Origin: an uncultured virus (IMG/VR IMGVR_UViG_3300025603_001562) | Lineage: Duplodnaviria; Heunggongvirae; Uroviricota; Caudoviricetes | Reading direction: 5' to 3' (one strand) | Virus record (IMG/VR): IMGVR_UViG_3300025603_001562 | Length of the DNA stretch: 20,000 nucleotides | Shown here: positions 13,820 through 20,000 of the stretch, piece after piece | Numbering within the stretch: position 1 is the first letter of the stretch | Layout: each line of letters begins with the position of its first letter | Notes under the pieces: model-generated | Seen by the model: the letters and a program-made list of their open reading frames with translations, nothing else | Database searches by the model: none | Told to the model about the DNA's origin: nothing | Translations under genes and position numbers: made by a program

Positions 13820-16117
13820 TTAAATCTTGATTGCAGACATCTTGTCTTCAAGAATAAACTTGCGCTCCTGGTTGTCCACCTCAAGCGTAAGCTCTTTGTC
13901 GTCTCTCGACTCCAAATCCGTGAACCAGCTCTTTCCGACAATAGTCAAGAACTTCGTTCTAGAAATACTGTTCTCCAGGTCACGTTTTTCCTTTCTGATT
14001 AACTCCGACTTGTTGTCAATCCAATCTTGAATCATGTTTGTGCGCTTTGTGTCATCCATCGATTCAACCATTTTATAGAATTCAGAAAACTCCTTGATGT
14101 GTGGTTCGAGAATTTCTTCTCTCTCAGTAAGCGGCTTGCTTGCCTCAAACTTCTCAACAACTCCCTTAGCGGAAGGAAGAGAAGATAGTTTGTCGATTTT
14201 AACCTCCATCGTATTCACCATCGCTTCCTCAGTTGTTGGAGTCAAAGTTACTTTAGGGTTGAATCCATAAGAACTAATTCCAATCTCTTTCAACCACGCA
14301 GTAGCTTCTTCACCATAAGTGTCAGCGAATGATTTCGATGCACCGTCTAGGTAACACTTCTTGTAGTAGTTGAATACTGAGTTTCTCGCTTTCAACTTGG
14401 TAAGAGCGTAATGGTTTCTGAACAACTCCTCGGCGGATGCTTCTCTAACCATTTTCTGATTGATAACTGGAAGACTTGAAAAGTCTAAGTCATAAACAGA
14501 ATTAGCGTTGTAGATTTCATCTTTAAGGAGTCCGTTGTCCTGGAGTTTTTCGAATGTATCCGAATCCAATGATACTGGAAGGATATATGTGTGAATCACT
14601 CCGTCTTTAATGATGTTGTAGTTACGAAATATGTTCGTGTCAAACCTTTCTGGTAAACCAAAACTGTTTGTTGGAAGACTTACGTAGCCTTTATACGTCA
14701 CTTGAACAGAAAGGTTTGCTCTTTTGTTATTCCACGTGAGTGAAGTAATTGGGAAGCCTTTGTCTTTGTCTTCGTTGATGAAGCCAATTTTGTTGTCTTT
14801 GATTTTTTGCAACATAGACATTGCATCATCAATCTTATTCTCAGAGAGAAGTAAGTCAACTTGTTCTCTATCCGTGTCTGAAACGTCTTTGCGCTCAGTT
14901 TTTCTAGACATGCGCTTGTACTTCATTTGAGAAGGATACCATTTAGCGTCCTCAGAAGTCATTAAGTCGTCAATCATGTCCATGACACAATAAGCATCTT
15001 CTGCAGGCTCCAAGTCTGGGTTATATCCATCCCTGAACATTTTTTCAGGGTCTTGCATCGTTGCCATCAACTCAGCTTCAAGCTCGTTGATTTTCTGAGT
15101 ACCAAAAGTGTTTGCTTTTCTTACAATGAAATATGCGTCACCCACTACTCTAAGCATGTCAGAGATTGTGTTGAAGTCGTTACTTCTTGAGTAAGCCATC
15201 ATACCAGCGTACATCGGTTGTAAGATGTTAGAGTACGCATCTGGGGTTCCTGATGCAAGTTTATAGTCCACGGTATCGATTTCCGTCGAAGTACGCGGCG
15301 CTGAGCTTGTCATGTAAGATACAGTGCTGATTGATTCTGGGTCAACGAAAACTTCGTTGTCAGAGTTTACTTTGTAAGAGATGACATTTCCTTCGTCGTC
15401 ATACGAGTAAGCAAAGCCATCAATGGCGTTCTCTGAGAGAGTAACATACTTTCTCGCTGACATCATTTTCTGAGTAAACTGCTTTTCCATGTACGGCTCG
15501 TAGTCTTGGAAGTCTTCTGCGAAGATGTGTGCTCCACCAACCTCAGTAGCCATCTTGTTTAACAAGTCTTTGTTGCAGTAGTAACCGTACTCAACAATCG
15601 TAGCCGAAGCCAGGTTTGGAGCAATTTCACTTACTGATTCTAGAATTTGGCTCTCGCTCCATCCGTTGTCATAACCATCTGTCAAAAAGAATAGCGAGTA
15701 AAGCTTGCCTGAATTTCTCTCTCTATCGTTGTTAATTAGGGCCTGAGCTTCTTGTAGTGGTTCACAGAATGTTGTAAGTCCACGTGAAGTAAGTTGTGAA
15801 TCAATAAGTTTTTTAAGGTTTTTAAGACTTGTGTCGCTTTTGACCTGGAAGTCTTCAACAAGTACGCCGTACTGCCCTTTTCCAGAAAACCAGATGATTG
15901 AGACCGAATCTGTATCTCTTAGTAGGGTTGAGATTTTGTTGTATAGGTCTTTTCTGATTTCCAATAATTCATTCCACATCGAACCTGAACAGTCGATTAT
16001 AAAAAGATGGTGAGTAGGCGACGCCGTTGGCTTTATGTCCCTGGGTGTGTCTGTTGTGAATTCTTCACTCAAAAGAAATCGACCATCCTTTAATTTAGTG
16101 TGTTTATAATTAGCCAT
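13820..16117 (-). CDS. von Willebrand factor A (vWA) domain protein
   Basis: HLFIIDCSGSM (MIDAS DxSxS), SIIWFSG, GLTTF and LFFLTDGYDN motifs, then a long C-terminal region of unknown function; 765 aa. Confidence 0.85.
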   Translation of the reverse strand: MANYKHTKLKDGRFLLSEEFTTDTPRDIKPTASPTHHLFIIDCSGSMWNELLEIRKDLYNKISTLLRDTDSVSIIWFSGKGQYGVLVEDFQVKSDTSLKNLKKLIDSQLTSRGLTTFCEPLQEAQALINNDRERNSGKLYSLFFLTDGYDNGWSESQILESVSEIAPNLASATIVEYGYYCNKDLLNKMATEVGGAHIFAEDFQDYEPYMEKQFTQKMMSARKYVTLSENAIDGFAYSYDDEGNVISYKVNSDNEVFVDPESISTVSYMTSSAPRTSTEIDTVDYKLASGTPDAYSNILQPMYAGMMAYSRSNDFNTISDMLRVVGDAYFIVRKANTFGTQKINELEAELMATMQDPEKMFRDGYNPDLEPAEDAYCVMDMIDDLMTSEDAKWYPSQMKYKRMSRKTERKDVSDTDREQVDLLLSENKIDDAMSMLQKIKDNKIGFINEDKDKGFPITSLTWNNKRANLSVQVTYKGYVSLPTNSFGLPERFDTNIFRNYNIIKDGVIHTYILPVSLDSDTFEKLQDNGLLKDEIYNANSVYDLDFSSLPVINQKMVREASAEELFRNHYALTKLKARNSVFNYYKKCYLDGASKSFADTYGEEATAWLKEIGISSYGFNPKVTLTPTTEEAMVNTMEVKIDKLSSLPSAKGVVEKFEASKPLTEREEILEPHIKEFSEFYKMVESMDDTKRTNMIQDWIDNKSELIRKEKRDLENSISRTKFLTIVGKSWFTDLESRDDKELTLEVDNQERKFILEDKMSAIKI

Positions 16118-16230
16118 GTGATGTATTGATTTTGTTTAATTTGTGTGTTATAATTCTAACGAAAATCAATATTTTTATCCACAAAGCAGCCCTATTGCTT
16201 CAATGGGTTTTCTTTTTCTCTTTTGTCAGT

Positions 16231-16236
16231 TATTTA
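16231..16236 (+). promoter_or_regulatory. TATTTA putative late-promoter motif
   Basis: gtTATTTAtg, 13 nt before ATG 16250. Confidence 0.55.
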
Positions 16237-16249
16237 TGAAAAACACGCA

Positions 16250-17077
16250 ATGATGAAGATGACTTCACTAAACTTCGGAGTATTAAAGGAATCAATCGCT
16301 AAAAAGGCATCTGTCGAACTATCTAGAGGATACGAGGGTGACACTCTTATGCGATTTATGGAAACTGTAAAAAAGAGTCCTTCTCTGAAAAGACAGCATT
16401 TTATTTATAAAAACATTGAGATGGCTAAGCCGTTTGAGAAAGAGAGTCTTGCTGAGAGGTTTCTTAATCAGAATTTAACTTTAATTAAAAGCCTTAAGTG
16501 GCACAAGATTACTGCTGAGAATTTAAAGCTTAGAACAAATCTTCTTGGAGCTCCAGATAAATCAACTGTTACAGCACGCGAAGACAAAAGAGGTTTGTAT
16601 GAGGCAATTAACACACTAATTGAATCTAACACAAACACTGCTTTCAACGATTTTGAGTCAGAAGCAAATGCTTACAGTGAAATAATTACCCATCTTACAC
16701 GAGAAGTAAAAGAAGAATCTTCTAAGAGCGACGAAATAGCAACTCATCCTAAACTTGGTAAAGCTTGGGAATACATCACAAAAAATGCTGTATCAAACTT
16801 TAACGAAAGATTTTCTCACTTAAATGAAGACGAGCAACAGTTGTTTAAGGTTCTCACTGCAGAAGGAGAGCAGAGAATAACTTATATAAAAACACTTAGA
16901 GAGGAAACTCGAAAAAATCTTCAAAGGAAACTAGATGTGTGCACATTAAGAGAAGACATCACTTTGCTTGAGACGTTTAAAGAAAAGCTTATGCGAGAAG
17001 TTGGGGCTGAAATTTTAGTGAGTGACGAGTACATTTTTCACGTAGCAGACTTAAACCAGACGCTTAAGAAATTATAA
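16250..17077 (+). CDS. Hypothetical helical protein of the phage head module (start reassigned from TTG 16223 to ATG 16250/16253)
   Basis: Long ORF two genes upstream of the prohead protease; a TATTTA motif lies inside the track's N-terminal extension. Confidence 0.75.
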   Translation: MMKMTSLNFGVLKESIAKKASVELSRGYEGDTLMRFMETVKKSPSLKRQHFIYKNIEMAKPFEKESLAERFLNQNLTLIKSLKWHKITAENLKLRTNLLGAPDKSTVTAREDKRGLYEAINTLIESNTNTAFNDFESEANAYSEIITHLTREVKEESSKSDEIATHPKLGKAWEYITKNAVSNFNERFSHLNEDEQQLFKVLTAEGEQRITYIKTLREETRKNLQRKLDVCTLREDITLLETFKEKLMREVGAEILVSDEYIFHVADLNQTLKKL

Positions 17078-17113
17078 ATTTGATTTTTTAGAAACTCATT
17101 ACTATATTATGTA

Positions 17114-17635
17114 ATGAGCAGAGTAATTGAAAGAGCCGCAAGAGAGTTAGCAGTTCCATCAGTGGAATTAAATAATTCTAAAGTAAAAGTAAAGATTGGA
17201 GCAACTGAAAAACGTGATGCCCCAACTACGGTTTATATTCAAGTAAGTTTTTGGACGAAACCAGCACCAAAGCACGTCAACATGTCAAATCAAGAGTTAC
17301 ATCGACTTATTGATAAAAACATAAACAGAGCTTTTAAAAGCTCTGCTTCTAAAGAGCTTGAACAGCATTATTATTTTACAAAGCCAAAAGACAATATCAC
17401 AATTTGGAATATTCCAGATAACTTGAATTATAACTCTAAAAGAAATTACATCTCTCTAGAGTTGTATCTCCACACACTAAACACCGACAGCAAAAATGAG
17501 AGCTATCCGCTCCATTCTAAGAAAGACAGAAGGTTGTACGAGTCTGCCTTAGACATAGCTAATGTGTTTGCCGACTCAGCTTTCTTCCAAGGTGAGGGAG
17601 ACTTCCAAATATTCAAAACCGCATCTCAAGTCTAA
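17114..17635 (+). CDS. Hypothetical protein upstream of the prohead protease
   Basis: 173-aa ORF with alternating beta/alpha pattern; preceded by TTTG-N20-TATATTAT. Confidence 0.75.
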   Translation: MSRVIERAARELAVPSVELNNSKVKVKIGATEKRDAPTTVYIQVSFWTKPAPKHVNMSNQELHRLIDKNINRAFKSSASKELEQHYYFTKPKDNITIWNIPDNLNYNSKRNYISLELYLHTLNTDSKNESYPLHSKKDRRLYESALDIANVFADSAFFQGEGDFQIFKTASQV

Positions 17636-17662
17636 AGGGCTGCATTCTGCGAATTTCCAATC

Positions 17663-17668
17663 TATTTA
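17663..17668 (+). promoter_or_regulatory. TATTTA putative late-promoter motif
   Basis: tcTATTTAtg, 18 nt before the protease ATG. Confidence 0.6.
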
Positions 17669-17686
17669 TGGGAAACACAGAATGCT

Positions 17687-19504
17687 ATGAGCGGACTTAT
17701 TTCCGATTACCAAGATAAATATATCATTTCCGAGTACTATACATTTAATGCTCCAACCCGTGAAATGATTATAGAGGCTGAAAAAAAATATCAGCCTATC
17801 GTGATGTCTGGAATTCTTCAGATAGCAGATACGTTAAATAAAAACGGTCGAATTTACCCATACGAAATTTTAAAGCGCGAGGCTGATAAGTACATGGAGC
17901 TCGTAAAGGAAAACGTGGCTGGTGGTGAACTTGACCATCCTGATTGCAACTCATTAGACACTAGCATTTTAACCATTAACGGCTGGAAGAAGCTAATAGA
18001 TATTGCAGAAGATGAGTTTATATATACTTTAAATCAGGAAACTAATAAAATTGAGGCTCATAAGATTGATAAAAAAATCTTAGAACCCTATAGTGGTAAG
18101 ATGTATCACTTTAAGGGTAAAGGAATTGATTTGATGGTTACTCCAAATCATAGATTTATACTTGAGACATCTGATGGGGTATCTTTTGAGAAGACAGCAT
18201 CTGAGCTGTCTGAGTATAGAAGCGGAAAGTGGAGAATTCCTAAAAAAGGAAATTGGGATGGAATTAATTACGATTCCTATATAATCCCTGGAATCGAAGA
18301 GTTTAAACCACACATAAGCAATGAGCTTAAGGATAAATATTCTCAAAACCTTGTTGTTAATGCAAAAGCGTGGTTTGCTTTTTTAGGTTTGTATCTAGCT
18401 GATGGAACTTCTGCTGGAGTGTGTGGGAGCAAAGCAAAACACAACCTCGTTAAAATTACACAGAAGAAGTCTGAGAATTTTGAGGCAATTAGAAAAATAT
18501 TTGATGATTTAGGGATAGAGTATAACGAACGTGTTTATAGAGATGGGAAAATAGATTTTCAAATTTACGATGCACGACTTAAGCAATATCTATTTCCTTT
18601 AGGGAATAGTTCTGAAAAATACATTCCAGAAGATATAAAAGCAGCTAATTCAGAATTGCTGACTATTCTTTTTGAAAATTTTCACATGGGAGATGGAACA
18701 TCTAAAACATCTTATCATAAAGACAAAGGATATGTGTGTAAAAAGATTTTTTCTACTTCAGAAAAGATGATTAAAGACTTTAGTGAGGTGCTGTTAAAAA
18801 TAGGGCTCCACGGAAATATAACTCAAGAACAACCTGTAGATAGATATATAAATGATGTAGTCGTTCTTGAAAAAGAAGTGGTGATGTCAGATGGGGCTGT
18901 AGAGATGGTTAAAGAAGAAATTTTAAAACCAAGATTGATTGAGGCTAAAAATAGTAAAACTAAATTCATCCTTAATGTTAGCACTACAGATTTTATTTAC
19001 ATGGATGAGAGATTTTTAAAAATCTCTCAAATCCAAAACCCGTTTGATAAAGTAGCTTGTGTCAGAGTTAAAAACGGAAATTTCTTTGTAATGCGTAATG
19101 GTAAATCCCATTGGACTGGAAACTCCGCAGTTGTATCTCTCGCTAATGTTTCACACCGTGTTGTTGAGATGTGGTGGGAAGGAAAAGAATTATGGGGCCG
19201 AGTGCAAATTGCTGAAACAGATGCAGGCAACACGTTGAAGGGTCTTCTAAAAACTGGATTCAAATTAGGAATTTCTTCTCGTGGAGTAGGAAGTGTTAAG
19301 TCTCAGGGTGGACAAGACATTGTGCAAGATGATTTTGAACTAATCGCTTTTGATTATGTATCAAACCCATCAACCCCAGGGGCTTACCTTTTTAAAGAAG
19401 GTTATATGAGACCACTTAAAGGGGTTAAAGAAAAAGCTAAATCAATAGGAGAGCTTAACCGTTTACAACTTATTTCTCAGAAATCTTTCTGGCAATCAGC
19501 GTAA
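17687..19504 (+). CDS. Prohead core protease (T4 gp21-like) containing an intein (212-aa spliced product)
   Basis: GILQIADTLNKNGRIYP, GELDHPD|S, VSLANVSH, LGISSRGVGSV, VQDDFELIAFDYVSNPSTPGA motifs. Confidence 0.93.
   Translation: MSGLISDYQDKYIISEYYTFNAPTREMIIEAEKKYQPIVMSGILQIADTLNKNGRIYPYEILKREADKYMELVKENVAGGELDHPDCNSLDTSILTINGWKKLIDIAEDEFIYTLNQETNKIEAHKIDKKILEPYSGKMYHFKGKGIDLMVTPNHRFILETSDGVSFEKTASELSEYRSGKWRIPKKGNWDGINYDSYIIPGIEEFKPHISNELKDKYSQNLVVNAKAWFAFLGLYLADGTSAGVCGSKAKHNLVKITQKKSENFEAIRKIFDDLGIEYNERVYRDGKIDFQIYDARLKQYLFPLGNSSEKYIPEDIKAANSELLTILFENFHMGDGTSKTSYHKDKGYVCKKIFSTSEKMIKDFSEVLLKIGLHGNITQEQPVDRYINDVVVLEKEVVMSDGAVEMVKEEILKPRLIEAKNSKTKFILNVSTTDFIYMDERFLKISQIQNPFDKVACVRVKNGNFFVMRNGKSHWTGNSAVVSLANVSHRVVEMWWEGKELWGRVQIAETDAGNTLKGLLKTGFKLGISSRGVGSVKSQGGQDIVQDDFELIAFDYVSNPSTPGAYLFKEGYMRPLKGVKEKAKSIGELNRLQLISQKSFWQSA
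17945..19123 (+). mobile_element. 393-aa intein with LAGLIDADG homing endonuclease in the prohead protease
   Basis: Starts CNSLDTSILTINGWK, block B VTPNHRF, ends FFVMRNGKSHWTGN|S; LAGLIDADG-like motifs FLGLYLADG and LFENFHMGDG. Confidence 0.9.
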
Positions 19505-19520
19505 AACACGTTTTCTGAAT

Positions 19521-19526
19521 TATTTA
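19521..19526 (+). promoter_or_regulatory. TATTTA putative late-promoter motif
   Basis: atTATTTAtt, 22 nt before ATG 19549. Confidence 0.6.
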
Positions 19527-19548
19527 TTCACAAGCAACCAAATTAACG

Positions 19549-20000
19549 ATGCCACAAAACGAGCAAACATCATTAGAAAAAGCATTCTTGGACTTCAAAT
19601 CTTTGAAGGACACAGCTAAGGCTGAACTCATGAACCAACTCGAAGAAAAAGTAGAAGAACGAATTCTTTCGCTTATGAACGAGGAGATTCAAGAGGACGT
19701 TCCTCTAGAGGACAAAGAAATAGTAAGTGAAGGTGTAACCGTAACAATAAATGTCGATGGCGATGACGTATCAGTAGATGCGGGAAGCGACGAAGATTTG
19801 GAAACAGTAACAGCACCAGAAGAAGACGCAGATGAGATGTTTGAAATCTCAGATGACGCCGAATCATATCAAATTAAAAACGAAATGAATTACCTCGACG
19901 AACAAGAGCCATTGGCACCAGAAATGGGGGCGGCTCCTGAGGCGGCACCAGCACCAGCACCAGAAGCTGTGCCAGAGCCAGAAATGGGAGAAGGGCAGCC
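19549..20000 (+). CDS. Putative prohead core scaffolding protein (gp22-like), runs off the right edge of the window
   Basis: Not in the ORF track. It reads MPQNEQTSLEKAFLDFKSLKDTAKAELMNQLEEKVEERILSLMNEE..., is very acidic, and lies directly downstream of the protease. Confidence 0.75.
   Translation, partial: MPQNEQTSLEKAFLDFKSLKDTAKAELMNQLEEKVEERILSLMNEEIQEDVPLEDKEIVSEGVTVTINVDGDDVSVDAGSDEDLETVTAPEEDADEMFEISDDAESYQIKNEMNYLDEQEPLAPEMGAAPEAAPAPAPEAVPEPEMGEGQ

Noticed and set aside
16184..16220. Hairpin plus T-run before the 16231 motif as a terminator or riboswitch
   Set aside because: The stem is short and bulged and there is no upstream plus-strand gene to terminate, so it is too weak to call.
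19673..19867. Minus-strand 64-aa ORF
   Set aside because: It is the antisense shadow of the acidic scaffold gene starting at 19549.

Overview
A 20-kb segment of a large, T4-like (jumbo-type) bacteriophage genome in the standard genetic code. The host is probably a Bacteroidota, judged from TTTG-N19-TAnnTTTG promoters and A-rich leaders without a Shine-Dalgarno sequence. From left to right it holds: a minus-strand glycosylation cluster (exostosin/GT47, frameshifted FkbM methyltransferase, GT77-like nucleotide-sugar transferase, GT2) and thioredoxin; acidic putative head proteins behind a recurrent TATTTA late-promoter motif; PhoH with a class 3-type LAGLIDADG intein; a GT4; a vWA protein; and the start of the head module (two hypotheticals, an intein-containing gp21-like prohead protease and a scaffold). 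Several things are not shown by the ORF track. (i) A 229-bp non-autonomous IS200/IS605 element is reduced to its two end hairpins, a consensus Bacteroidota promoter and a TnpB-type omega-RNA scaffold, and it sits at a stop codon. (ii) An S24/S26-like peptidase gene is split at its predicted general-base codon by a 1.25-kb non-splicing insert that carries a GIY-YIG endonuclease under an I-TevI-like promoter/hairpin. (iii) There is a headless Vsr-like endonuclease. (iv) Two tandem microproteins share a C-terminal TxDG(R/K)ELLT motif. All family assignments come from motif recognition by eye; no database searches were run.
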